Shown: positions 1-8,758 of the stretch, in pieces
Layout of the letters: each line of letters begins with the position of its first letter
How positions within the stretch are numbered: position 1 is the first letter of the stretch
NCBI GenBank assembly: GCA_963812015.1
Contig: CAWETI010000001.1
Location: 1-28,566, forward strand
From: an uncultured delta proteobacterium
GTDB lineage: Bacteria > Desulfobacterota > Desulfobaccia > Desulfobaccales > 0-14-0-80-60-11
Length of the DNA stretch: 28,566 bases
Reading direction: 5' to 3'
Position numbers and translations under genes: made by a program
Notes under the pieces: generated by a model
Database searches by the model: none
What the model was told of the DNA's origin: nothing
What the model saw: only the letters and a program-made list of their open reading frames with translations

Positions 1-68
1 TTTGAACCCCAGACGAGAAACCCTCACTGGACCCTGAACCCAGCACGTACCAGTTCCGCCACTTCGGC
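1..68 (-). tRNA. tRNA-Leu(CAG), 3' end truncated by window edge
   Basis: Minus strand reads GCCGAAG-TG-GCGGAACTGGTA-CGTG-CTGGG-TTCAGGG-TCCAG, then a long variable arm and GGTTCAAA. Anticodon CAG. The D-loop seems about 2 nt short of the usual GGTAGAC, probably a sequencing deletion. Confidence 0.85.
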
Positions 69-178
69 CGGATGCCGAGGATAACCTGAAGCGCTTCACC
101 CTGGCAATTTCCCAACTTCAGGATGTCTGATTTCACGATGAATAATGTCAAGGCCAAACTGCGAAAGGCGACACGTTG

Positions 179-1095
179 ATGGTTTATCATGATCTCCCCC
201 CGGGGGAGACAGGTTTTTCCCGGACGGTGGCCACCATCGGCAATTTTGATGGGGTGCGCCTGGGCACCGGGCCATCCTGGCCCGGGTGTGCCAGCGGGCC
301 GGGAGTGGGAGGGCAGGCGGTGGCGGCGACTTTCAACCCGCATCCCGTCAAGGTGCTGCGGCCGGAAGTGAATTACCGCTGCTCACCACCCAGGATCAGA
401 AGGTGCAGCTGTTGTCGGACTCCGGACTGGATGCGGTGGTAGTCCTGCCCTTTACCCGGGAATTTGCGGCGCAGCCGGCCCGGGAGTTTGTGAAGCATTA
501 TTTTTTTGACCGCCTCCGGGCCCGGGAAGTGGTGGTGGGCCATGATTACTGTTTCGGCCAGGGCCGGGAAGGCAATATCGACCTCCTCAAGGAGATGGGG
601 AGATTTACGGGTTTACCGTGCAGGTGGTCTGGGCCGTGAAGTGGATCGGCGCGGTGGTGGGCAGCTCCCTGATCCGGGCCATGCTGCGCCTGGGCAAAGT
701 GGCGGAGGCCGGGCGCCTCCTGGGCCGCCCCTATGGGGTGGCGGGCCGGGTAGTCCAGAAAGGCGGGGGCCGACTTCCTGGGTGTGCCCACGGCCAATAT
801 CCTCACCCCCAACGAACTGCTGCCATCCTGCGGCATCTATGCCGTCTGGGTCCGCCGGGGCGACGCCATTCTGCCCGGAGTGGCCAATATCGGCACCTGT
901 CCCACCTTTGATAACACCGAACTCTCCTTAGAGGTACACCTCATGGAATTCTCCGGTGACCTGTACGGCGAATCTCTGGAGGTGCAATTCGTCACCCGCC
1001 TCCGGGAGGAACAACGCTTCCCTTCCCTTGAGGCCCTGGCGGCCCAGATCCACGCGGATATCGCCGCGGCCCGCCGGGCCCTGGCCCCGCACTGA
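179..1095 (+). CDS. ribF: Bifunctional riboflavin kinase / FAD synthetase, split by several apparent frameshifts
   Basis: Motifs are spread over ORFs 176, 286, 618 and 784: TIGNFDGVxLG, TFNPHP, VVVGHDYCFG, SSLIR, LLGRPY, PTAN, NIGTCPTF, EVHL, RLREEQRFPSLEALAAQIHAD. At least five frame switches. Confidence 0.9.
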
Positions 1096-1165
1096 GGCGG
1101 GGTGCAGGCGAGCCGGAGATGGAGGGGCCGAAGTTCAGATTTGGGTTGGCGAGGGAGAAAGAATC

Positions 1166-1434
1166 ATGTGGCGCCATCGTGCGACCTGCAGTCATTGCGG
1201 CCTGGGGTCGAAATGGAATCAAGATCGGGAAGTGAGCGAGCAGGAGATCTTGGCCCACCTGAAATATAAGCACAACGTGACGGCACCGCTGGTTCAGGAT
1301 GATTACCGGGTGGGCGGGAGCGCCAATGCGACTTTTGCCTTTCGCCATACCTGGACGACTGCACCAAATGCCGCCAGGATTTTTGCCACCTGCACGCCGG
1401 GGACATCGACGGCTTGTGCGGCGGGTGTATCTGA
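1166..1434 (+). CDS. Small Cys/His-rich putative multi-zinc-finger protein (~89 aa, one frameshift near 1313)
   Basis: SD-like GAGGGAG at 1151-1157 and ATG 1166: MWRHRATCSHC...HLKYKH...DDYRV. After a 1-nt shift: RERQCDFCLSPYLDDCTKCRQDFCHLHAGDIDGLCGGCI, TGA at 1432-1434. Confidence 0.7.
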
Positions 1435-1552
1435 AGCAGCCGGTGGTGAGGGCGGGCTCCGTGCTCCTGAGCCGGATTTGATAAATTATTTCCTGCCCGG
1501 AAAAATTCTGGCCCGGGATGAGGGCAGGGGGGCTTGAATATGACTCATGCAT

Positions 1553-1590
1553 AATCCCCCTAAATCCCCCTTGAGGAAAAGAGGACTTTA
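1553..1590. repeat. REP-like element, AATCCCCC-N-CCCCCTTGAG(G)AAAAGRGG family
   Basis: Similar to the two inverted copies at 8616-8697. Confidence 0.6.
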
Positions 1591-1645
1591 AAGCGGCTTA
1601 GAAAGCAGGGCAGCAAATTTATCCTCTCATCCTCTGAGCACAGCC

Positions 1646-2000
1646 CTAGTCCAGGGCGTCGTCAGCCTCCGCCACATATTCCGGCCAATCTTCGGTCCCC
1701 GTCGACCCCTGAGTGGGCCAGGTTTCCCGATACAGCCGGAGATGGTTCTGGAGGCCGAAGACGGACGCAGGCGGCAGAGGGCATTGGCGGCTGACCCGCC
1801 CCCACCCGGAGGCTGAGAGCTGGGCCGATAAATCCTGGTGAAACCCGGAGGGGGGGTCGACGGGGTCCGGGGCAGCTGGCCGGATTGCCCCGGGCCGTGG
1901 AGGAGACCAGCAGCAGGGCGATCAAGCCCGAGAGGACCACACGGAGGCCGGCGGCCAGCGTGGTGGTTGCCGCATTTTGGACTTTTGGCATATTCTTCAT
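1646..2000 (-). CDS. Hypothetical exported protein, probably one frameshift near 1890
   Basis: ATG 2000 with signal-peptide-like VVLSGLIALLLVSSTA. An alternative frame continues more plausibly as AIRPAAPDPVDPPSGFHQDLSAQL...TEDWPEYVAEADDALD to TAG at 1646. Preceded by a sigma28-like promoter. Confidence 0.45.
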
Positions 2001-2031
2001 AAGTTTTCTCCGGCACTGAGCGTTAGCAGTC

Positions 2032-2059
2032 CTATCGGCGGCACTTCGAATTAACTTTA
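2032..2059 (-). promoter_or_regulatory. sigma28 (FliA/SigD/WhiG)-type promoter
   Basis: Minus strand TAAAGTT...GCCGATAG (TAAA-N16-GCCGATAG), about 30 nt upstream of ATG 2000. Confidence 0.65.
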
Positions 2060-2185
2060 AGGAAGTTCAGATTTTTCTGAAAAAAAGGGTGAATGGGGCA
2101 AGGCCGGGGCCGGGGGGAAGGGGAGGCGCTTTTTTTCGGACCGGCACCGGGAGACCGGCAGATTGGGCTTTATTCAGGATATCCC

Positions 2186-2215
2186 TTGACTTTTTCGGCG
2201 GAATTTAATAAAAAT
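2186..2215 (+). promoter_or_regulatory. sigma70-type promoter for tRNA-Gly
   Basis: TTGACT (2186-2191), 17 nt, then TAAAAAT, about 10 nt before the tRNA. Confidence 0.6.
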
Positions 2216-2224
2216 ACTTGTTGA

Positions 2225-2300
2225 GCGGGCATAGCTCAGCTGGTAGAGTACAAGCTTCCCAAGCTTGGTGTCGCGGGTTCGAATCCCGTTGCCCGCTCCA
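2225..2300 (+). tRNA. tRNA-Gly(CCC)
   Basis: 76-nt cloverleaf GCGGGCA...TAGCTCAGCTGGTAGAG...CAAGC-TTCCCAA-GCTTG...GGTTCGAATCCC...TGCCCGC-TCCA with encoded CCA. Confidence 0.98.
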
Positions 2301-2442
2301 GCCCCGGGGCGAGACGGTTGGCGATCGAGGCCAACCGGTCCACCGGGGAAACCCGCTTCCCCCATCGAGGGGGCCGATATCAGGGGCAAGAACGTCGGCC
2401 AGCTTTGAGGGCGGAGAAACGTAGGTACTCTGGGGTGCCCCG
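2301..2442 (+). ncRNA. Candidate structured RNA (tRNA trailer or rimP operon leader), family unknown
   Basis: Consecutive hairpins GGTTGGC/GCCAACC, CGGG-GAAA-CCCG, CCCCC/GGGGG and CCGAT/GTCGG, with a possible closing helix 2301-2309/2428-2436. Confidence 0.3.
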
Positions 2443-2468
2443 AGATAATTTTTCTTGGATTTTCCCGG

Positions 2469-2494
2469 AAGTGGGCTGCGGCCCGCTTTTTTTT
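2469..2494 (+). terminator. Intrinsic terminator matching the rimP-leader (GGGC...GCCC) type
   Basis: AAGTGGGC-TGCG-GCCCGCTT followed by a T run, upstream of the rimP-nusA-infB operon. Confidence 0.75.
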
Positions 2495-2550
2495 ATTGGC
2501 GAGATTGCCTGGTTCGGGAAAAAAGTTAGTGAATCAAAGAGGATATGCAC

Positions 2551-2742
2551 ATGAAGGGCATCCAGTTTGTGGTAGATGATACGGGCAAGAAAAAAGCCGT
2601 TCTCATCGATCTTTTGGAGTGGGGAGAACTCTGGGAAGACATCTATGATGTCCTGGTGGCGCAATCTCGGAGAGGCGAACCCATGGTGGACTGGGAGGAC
2701 TTAAAGTCCGAAATGGTTCAGGAGGAGACCAAGACTGGCTGA
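2551..2742 (+). CDS. Small acidic antitoxin (putative partner of the RelE-family toxin)
   Basis: 63 aa MKGIQFVVDDTGKKKAVLIDL...WEDIYD. SD AGAGGA 7 nt upstream. Overlaps the toxin start. Confidence 0.75.
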   Translation: MKGIQFVVDDTGKKKAVLIDLLEWGELWEDIYDVLVAQSRRGEPMVDWEDLKSEMVQEETKTG

Positions 2743-2995
2743 TTATCGGATTCAGTTTGCAGTCTCGGCAGCCAAAGAATTTCGCTCTCTGCCACTGGAT
2801 ATCAAGCATCGGGTGGAGATGGTAGTAGATAAATTGCGCCAAAAGCCCCGTCCGCGAGGGGTGCGGAAGCTCCAAGGACATGAAAGATTATATAGAATTC
2901 GGGTCGGACAATATCGCCTGGTTTATGAAATAGATGATTTGGTGCAATTGATTGTGGTCACTCACGTTCGGCACCGTCGGGAAGCATACCGATAA
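2735..2995 (+). CDS. Type II toxin, RelE/StbE (RelE/ParE superfamily), apparent CTG start
   Basis: (M)ADYRIQFAVSAAKEFRSLP...PRPRGVRKLQG...YRIRVGQYRLVYEIDD...VRHRREAYR. SD AGGAGGAG at 2720-2727. In-frame stop at 2702. Confidence 0.9.
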   Translation: MADYRIQFAVSAAKEFRSLPLDIKHRVEMVVDKLRQKPRPRGVRKLQGHERLYRIRVGQYRLVYEIDDLVQLIVVTHVRHRREAYR

Positions 2996-3186
2996 AAGGT
3001 ATCTCAGGGCGAGGTTGTGATAGGTATTGAGTCCGTTATTCAGCCTGGCGGAATAATTCCGGCGCATCGGGTTGGGGCAGGCGGGAATTCGCAACGGTGT
3101 CAGGTTTTTTACGTAGCCGGTGAGGGGGCGCAGGACCCGGAGCAGGCGAAAGTGACCACGGGGATATACTTGAGGGGCGGCAAACC

Positions 3187-3687
3187 TTGCAAGACGAAAT
3201 AACACCGAAGGAAACCGTGGTCTCCCGGCTGGAGGAGTTGATCCAGCCCCTGGTCGAGTCCCAGGGGGCGGATCTGGTGGAGTTGCAATATGGCCGGCCC
3301 AAGCGGGGGCGGGGCATCCTTAGGCTGTTCGTGGACCGGACCGGGGGCATCACCATCGAGGAACTGGCCCGGATCAACCGGATGGTGGGGGCCCTGTTGG
3401 AAGTCCATGACGTCATTCCCGGGTCCTACACCCTGGAGGTGTCGTCGCCTGGCCTGACCCGGGCCTTGAAGAAGCTTCAGGATTATCAGCGCTACGTGGG
3501 CCGGCTGGTGCGGGTCACCACCCGGACCCCCTGGGAAGGCAGCCAGGTGCACAGCGGCATCCTCCAGGGCCTGGATGGCGAAATGGTGTGCCTCAAGGAG
3601 GGGGAAAAGGTGGTGTGCATCCCCTTTAGTGAGATTGCCCGGGCCCGGCTGGATATTGACCTGAAAAATAAGAGCAAGGAGGGCTAG
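3187..3687 (+). CDS. rimP: Ribosome maturation factor RimP
   Basis: ILRLFVD, GGITIEEL and YTLEVSSPGLTRAL motifs; directly upstream of nusA; TTG start. Confidence 0.95.
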   Translation: MQDEITPKETVVSRLEELIQPLVESQGADLVELQYGRPKRGRGILRLFVDRTGGITIEELARINRMVGALLEVHDVIPGSYTLEVSSPGLTRALKKLQDYQRYVGRLVRVTTRTPWEGSQVHSGILQGLDGEMVCLKEGEKVVCIPFSEIARARLDIDLKNKSKEG

Positions 3688-3695
3688 CACCTCTC

Positions 3696-4988
3696 ATGAA
3701 TCTGGAATTAAAACGGATTATTGACCAGGTATGCCGCGACAAGGGGATCGAGAAGGATCTGCTCGTGGGGGCCATCAAGGACGCCATCCGTTCCGCAGCC
3801 AAGAAGAAGCACGGGCCACGTCTGGAGATCGAGGTGGAATACCGGGACGAGACCGGAGAGATCGAGGTCTTCCAATATAAGGAAGTAGTGGAAGACGTCA
3901 AGGACACCACCCAGGAGATTTCCCTGGAGGAAGGCCGGAAAGAGGACCCGGAATGCGAAGTGGGCGACAGCCTGGGCTTTAAGATGGACGCCTCGGCTTT
4001 TGGACGCATCGCGGCGCAGTCGGCCAAGCAGGTGATCATGCAGCGCATGAAGGACGCCGAGCGGGACCTGGTGTATGAGGACTACAAGGATCGCAAAGGC
4101 GAAATCATGAACGGCATCGTGCAGCGGTTGGACCCTGAAGGCATCATCGTCAACCTGGGGCGCACCGAAGCCCTGCTGCCGCCGATGGAGCAAGTTCCCC
4201 GGGAGATTTACCACAAGGGTGAACGCATCCGGGCGTATGTCCTGGACGTGAAGCGCCAGACCCGGGGACCCCAGATCATTTTATCCCGGACGCACCCCCA
4301 GTTCCTGGTGGCCTTGTTCGATGCCGAAGTGCCGGAGATCTCCGAAGGGATTGTCCAGGTGTTGGGCTGCGCCCGGGAGCCCGGCAGCCGTTCCAAGATT
4401 GCCGTATCCTCCCGGGACTCGGATGTGGACCCGGTGGGGGCCTGCGTCGGCATGAAGGGGGCCCGGGTGCAAAGCATTGTGCAGGAGCTGAGGGGGGAAA
4501 AGATCGACATCATCCCCTGGCATCCCGACCCGGCCAAGTTTACCACCAACGCCCTGGCCCCGGCCCAAGTGAGCCGGATTATCCTGAGTAAGGAGAGCCA
4601 GAGCATGGAGGTGATCGTGCCGGATGACCAGCTGTCCCTGGCCATCGGCAAACGCGGCCAGAATGTGCGACTGGCCTCCCGCCTAGTGGGATGGAAAATC
4701 GACGTTAAGAGTGAATCCAAGTACTCTAAATCCTTAAAAGAAGGTTATCTCTCGTTGTTGAGCATTCCCGGGGTGGGGGAAATCACCGCCAGTCTGTTGC
4801 ACGAGGCGGGATACTCGTCGGCCCGGGAGGTGGCGGAAACCAGCCTGGAAGAGCTGCTCCAGTCCACCGGCTTGACTGAGAAGAAGGCTGCGACGCTCAT
4901 CGCCGCGGCCCAGGAAATGGCCAAAGGGGGCGCGCCGGAAGCTGCGTCCGATGAGGCTGAGAAGACGGTTGAGGTCAAGGAAGGCTGA
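3696..4988 (+). CDS. nusA: Transcription termination/antitermination factor NusA
   Basis: FGRIAAQSAKQVIMQ, S1/KH motifs (REPGSRSKIAV, DPVGACVG, LSLAIGKRGQNVRLA) and a C-terminal HhH-like region. Confidence 0.98.
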   Translation: MNLELKRIIDQVCRDKGIEKDLLVGAIKDAIRSAAKKKHGPRLEIEVEYRDETGEIEVFQYKEVVEDVKDTTQEISLEEGRKEDPECEVGDSLGFKMDASAFGRIAAQSAKQVIMQRMKDAERDLVYEDYKDRKGEIMNGIVQRLDPEGIIVNLGRTEALLPPMEQVPREIYHKGERIRAYVLDVKRQTRGPQIILSRTHPQFLVALFDAEVPEISEGIVQVLGCAREPGSRSKIAVSSRDSDVDPVGACVGMKGARVQSIVQELRGEKIDIIPWHPDPAKFTTNALAPAQVSRIILSKESQSMEVIVPDDQLSLAIGKRGQNVRLASRLVGWKIDVKSESKYSKSLKEGYLSLLSIPGVGEITASLLHEAGYSSAREVAETSLEELLQSTGLTEKKAATLIAAAQEMAKGGAPEAASDEAEKTVEVKEG

Positions 4989-5044
4989 GAGGATTGTTGC
5001 ACCGCGCCAAGGGCGAAATCAGTTTCGGGGGTTAGGTTAGATAT

Positions 5045-7864
5045 ATGGGCAAGACCAGGATTGTTAATTTGGCCAAGGAATTTAAAATGGATGTCCGGGA
5101 GCTGATCCAGCGCCTCAGAGATGAATTGGGGCTGCAGGAAAACTTCACCTATCTCAGTTCAGTGGATGATGAGCTGGTGGCCCGGGTGCGGCAAACGATC
5201 AGCACCGCGGCGCCCCAGGTCGAGGAACTGCGGGTGGGTGATAATGTCAAGCGCCGCCGGCGGGTGGCGCCGCCGCCGGTGACCCCGATGCCGCCGCCCC
5301 CGGAGATCGCCCCGGAGACGGAAGCCGCGCCGCCGCCTAAGGAGGCGGCCAAGCCCCGGAAACCCAAAGAGACCGTGGCCCGAGTCGTATCACTGCCTCC
5401 TAAAGAGAAAGCGGCCCCCGTTGAGGCCCCGGCGCCACCCCCGGCCGAGACCATCCCGGTGACTCAAGCAGTGACCCCCGAATTACCCCCCGAAATTCCG
5501 GAGACTGCGACGGCTGCGCCTCCGATCGCACCTGCACCTGCGGCCCCAATGGCCGCCCCCAAGGCAACCGCCCCGACGGACTCGGGCACTGCGTTGAAAC
5601 GGCAGCGAGGTAAAGCCAAGAAGAAAGAGGTGCCGGCTCGGATCATCAGCCTACCCCCGGAGAAGCCGACGACGCCGCCTTCGGCCTCTGAGGCGCGCCC
5701 AGCGGTGGAACGGGCCGCATCCCGGCCCGGAGCCAGACCGGCCGGAGCCAGACCGGCCGGAGCCAGACCGACCGGAGCCAGGCCGGCCGGAACCAGACCG
5801 CAGGGCGAGGCGGCCAGGCCAGGGGCCGGACCGGTTAAACCGCCGGTGCTGGAAGAAAAGAAGGACCTCAAGGGCAAGAAGAAGATCAAGCGTCCGGAAG
5901 TACCGGATACCACCCGGGCCAAGCCCGTAAAAAAACGGGAAGTTCGGGAGCGGGCCGACCTCTATAGCGGGGGGGAAGGCGAGACCCGGGGTTCGGGCCG
6001 CAGGAAAGGCATGAAAAAGGCCATCAAAAAGCTCTCCAAGGCGGAGCTCACGGTTCCCAAGGCCATCAAACGGCGGGTCAAGGTGGGAGAATCCATCACC
6101 GTGGGAGAGTTGGCCAAACGCATGGGCATCAAGTCCGGCGCCATCATCAAGCAACTGATGCAGATGGGAGTGATCGCCAGCATCAATTACCCCATCGATT
6201 ATGATTCCGCGGTCATCGTGGCCGGGGAATTCGGGTATGAAGTGGAACACGCCAGCATGCAGGAAGAAGATCTGCTGGCGCTGGCCCCCCGCAGCGCCGG
6301 CGTTGCCAAGGCCCGGCCCCCGGTGGTCACCATCATGGGCCACGTGGACCACGGCAAAACCTCGCTGTTGGACGCCATTCGCCGGACCCGGGTCACTGAA
6401 GGGGAAGCCGGCGGGATTACCCAGCATATCGGCGCTTACTATGTAAATCTGCCGGAAAAGCAGGGGGAAGTGGTCTTCCTGGATACTCCGGGCCATGAGG
6501 CCTTTACGGCGATGCGGGCCCGAGGCGCCAAGGTCACGGACCTGGTGGTGTTAGTGGTGGCTGCGGACGACGGCGTCATGGAACAGACCACTGAGGCCAT
6601 CAACCACGCCAAGGCCGCGGGAGTGCCCCTGGTAGTGGCCGTGAACAAAATCGACAAAGCCAATGCCAACCCGGAACGGGTAAAGCGGGAATTGTCCCAG
6701 GCCGGGGTGGTCTCGGAAGAATGGGGCGGCGACGTCCTGTTTGCCGAAGTGTCGGCCAAGCAACGCATCGGCATCAAGGAATTGCTGGAGAAGATCCTCC
6801 TCCAGGCGGAAATCCTGGATCTCAAGGCGGTGTCGGAGGCGCCGGCCTCTGGCCGGATCATCGAATCCCGCCTGGACAAAGGCCGGGGCCCGGTGGGCAC
6901 GGTCCTGGTCCAGGAAGGCACCCTGAAACCCGGGGATTACTTCGTGTGCGGGACGCAGTACGGCCGGGTGCGGGCCCTATTCGACGACCGAGGCGAAAAA
7001 GTGGAAGAGGTGCCCCCGGGCATGCCGGCGGAAGTCCAGGGATTCAGCGGCGTCCCCGAGGCCGGGGACGAATTTCTGGTCCTGGAAGACGAACGCAAGG
7101 TCAAGCAGATCGCCATGATGCGGCAGCAGAAGCAGCGGGAAGCCACTCTGGCCCGGATCAGCCGGGTAACCCTGGAGAAGCTCTACCAGCAGGTGAAGGA
7201 CGGGGCGGTCAAGGAACTCAAGATGGTGCTCAAGGCCGACGTGCACGGCTCCATCGAGGCCCTGGCCCAGGCCCTGTCCGAGTTGGGGACCAAGGACATT
7301 AAGGTCTCGATCATCCATTCCGGTCTGGGGGAGGTCTCGGAGAACGATATCATGCTGGCCACGGCCTCGGACGCCATCGTAGTGGGTTTTAATGTCCGGG
7401 CCAATCCTAAGGCCCAGGCCCTGGCGGAGCAGGAACAGGTGGACGTGCGGTATTACGACATCATCTACAACCTGCTGCAGGATATCCACGCGGCCCTGGA
7501 AGGACTGCTGGAACCCATCGTGGAAGAAAAGGTGGTGGGGCGGGCCGAAGTGCGGGCCGTCTTCAGCATCACCAAGGTGGGCACCATAGCCGGTTGTATG
7601 GTCCTGGACGGCAAGATCGAACGCAACTCCCTGGCCCGGGTGATCCGAAAGAAGAAGGTGGTGTCGGAAGGCGGCAAGATCAATTCCCTGAAGCGCTTCA
7701 AAGAGGACGCCAAAGAGGTGCAGTCGGGGTATGAATGCGGCATCGGCATCGATCGGTTCAACGACTTCCAGGTCGGGGACATCATTGAAGCTTATACCCA
7801 GGAAAAGGTGAAGGCCATTCTGGAAGCGCCATCAGCCAGGCCCGAGGCCGCAACCGCCGAATGA
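5045..7864 (+). CDS. infB: Translation initiation factor IF-2
   Basis: [28 protein letters not shown] and NKID GTPase motifs; Pro/Ala-rich N-terminal linker. Confidence 0.99.
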   Translation: MGKTRIVNLAKEFKMDVRELIQRLRDELGLQENFTYLSSVDDELVARVRQTISTAAPQVEELRVGDNVKRRRRVAPPPVTPMPPPPEIAPETEAAPPPKEAAKPRKPKETVARVVSLPPKEKAAPVEAPAPPPAETIPVTQAVTPELPPEIPETATAAPPIAPAPAAPMAAPKATAPTDSGTALKRQRGKAKKKEVPARIISLPPEKPTTPPSASEARPAVERAASRPGARPAGARPAGARPTGARPAGTRPQGEAARPGAGPVKPPVLEEKKDLKGKKKIKRPEVPDTTRAKPVKKREVRERADLYSGGEGETRGSGRRKGMKKAIKKLSKAELTVPKAIKRRVKVGESITVGELAKRMGIKSGAIIKQLMQMGVIASINYPIDYDSAVIVAGEFGYEVEHASMQEEDLLALAPRSAGVAKARPPVVTIMGHVDHGKTSLLDAIRRTRVTEGEAGGITQHIGAYYVNLPEKQGEVVFLDTPGHEAFTAMRARGAKVTDLVVLVVAADDGVMEQTTEAINHAKAAGVPLVVAVNKIDKANANPERVKRELSQAGVVSEEWGGDVLFAEVSAKQRIGIKELLEKILLQAEILDLKAVSEAPASGRIIESRLDKGRGPVGTVLVQEGTLKPGDYFVCGTQYGRVRALFDDRGEKVEEVPPGMPAEVQGFSGVPEAGDEFLVLEDERKVKQIAMMRQQKQREATLARISRVTLEKLYQQVKDGAVKELKMVLKADVHGSIEALAQALSELGTKDIKVSIIHSGLGEVSENDIMLATASDAIVVGFNVRANPKAQALAEQEQVDVRYYDIIYNLLQDIHAALEGLLEPIVEEKVVGRAEVRAVFSITKVGTIAGCMVLDGKIERNSLARVIRKKKVVSEGGKINSLKRFKEDAKEVQSGYECGIGIDRFNDFQVGDIIEAYTQEKVKAILEAPSARPEAATAE
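5727..5801 (+). repeat. Coding tandem repeat, 5 x 15 bp (CCGGAGCCAGACCGG), encoding GARP(A/T) in IF-2
   Basis: Units start at 5727, 5742, 5757, 5772 and 5787, each with 0-2 mismatches. Confidence 0.9.
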
Positions 7865-7913
7865 GGCAGGGACGCGCCGGGGTTGCCCCGGGGAAGTCGC
7901 GGAGAGCGTCACT

Positions 7914-8207
7914 ATGATAATCGCTGCCGCCGTCATAACCCTGATGATCCCGGAGAACGACTCTCTGAAGGGTAAACGACGGGTGGTCAAGAGCCTCATC
8001 GAGAAAGTGCGGCACAAGTTTGAGGCCGCGGTGGCCGAGGTGGGAGACAACGATCTGTGGCAGAAGGCCAAGATCGGGGTGGCCCTGGTGGGCAACGACT
8101 CCCAATTGCTCAGCACCCGGCTGCAGAACATCATGATATTTATGGAGAACCAGCACCTGGCGGAGATCATCGATTCCCAGGTGGAACTCTGTTACCTGGA
8201 GAAGTGA
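7914..8207 (+). CDS. DUF503 (YlxP-like) protein
   Basis: SLKGKRRVVKSLIEKVRHKFEAAVAEVGDNDLWQKAKIG; typical position between infB and rbfA. Confidence 0.9.
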   Translation: MIIAAAVITLMIPENDSLKGKRRVVKSLIEKVRHKFEAAVAEVGDNDLWQKAKIGVALVGNDSQLLSTRLQNIMIFMENQHLAEIIDSQVELCYLEK

Positions 8208-8212
8208 GACAC

Positions 8213-8587
8213 GTGAAGCATCGGACCCCCACAGGCCGCCCCCACCGGGTGGCGGAGTTGCTCCGGGAACGGCTGGCGCTGATCCTGCTGCATAAGTGCG
8301 CCGACCCGCGCTTGAAGGAACTCACCCTTACCGAGGTGGAGATGAGCCCGGATTTGAAGCAGGCCCGGGTGTTCTACGTGGTCCGGGAAACCGTGGATCC
8401 GGACCAGGTGCAGATCGCTCTGGACAAGGCCCTGGGTTTCATCAAGCAGGAAGTGGCCCGGGAAAACCTTTTCCGGTTGATGCCGGCCATCATCTTCCTG
8501 CCGGATACGGGGCTGGACCGGGCGGCGCGGCTGGAAAAGTTGTTTCAGGCGGCCAAGGTTGGAGCTGGGGGCGATTCCGAGACGTAA
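8213..8587 (+). CDS. rbfA: Ribosome-binding factor A
   Basis: GTG 8213; RPHRVAELLRERLA, DPRL, TEVEMSPDLKQARVF, final P..F..D motif; synteny. Confidence 0.92.
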   Translation: MKHRTPTGRPHRVAELLRERLALILLHKCADPRLKELTLTEVEMSPDLKQARVFYVVRETVDPDQVQIALDKALGFIKQEVARENLFRLMPAIIFLPDTGLDRAARLEKLFQAAKVGAGGDSET

Positions 8588-8615
8588 AGTTGACTGACCG
8601 GCAAGTCAGGCTCCA

Positions 8616-8697
8616 TCCCCCTTTTTTAAAAGGGGATGGAGGGGGATTATAAAATATAGACTAATCCCCCCTCCCCCCCCTTGAGAAAAGGGGGGTT
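8616..8697. repeat. Inverted pair of REP-like palindromes (REPIN-like)
   Basis: CCCCCTTTTTTAAAAGGGGATGGAGGGGGATTA and TAATCCCCCCTCCCCCCCCTTGAGAAAAGGGGGG flank an AT-rich spacer; same family as 1553-1590. Confidence 0.7.
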
Positions 8698-8758
8698 AAA
8701 AGAAGCAGTTTATGACCAAGAATTATAAGGATTATAAGGGGCAGGGATTCAGCTCGAG

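Noticed and set aside
179..1095. Programmed frameshifting or true pseudogene in ribF
   Set aside because: Too many shifts, shared with neighbouring genes and the tRNA; the pattern fits sequencing deletions.
956..1537. 193-aa ORF in the provided track
   Set aside because: Chimera of an out-of-frame ribF tail, the real N-terminus of the zinc-finger gene and post-frameshift sequence.
2306..2330. tmRNA- or tRNA-Sec-like 5' end after tRNA-Gly
   Set aside because: No TTCGAC after the 5' stem, no T-arm/CCA end, and no UCA anticodon arm.
2301..3186. Integrative element or prophage at tRNA-Gly
   Set aside because: No integrase and no duplicated tRNA 3' end (attR) seen in the window.
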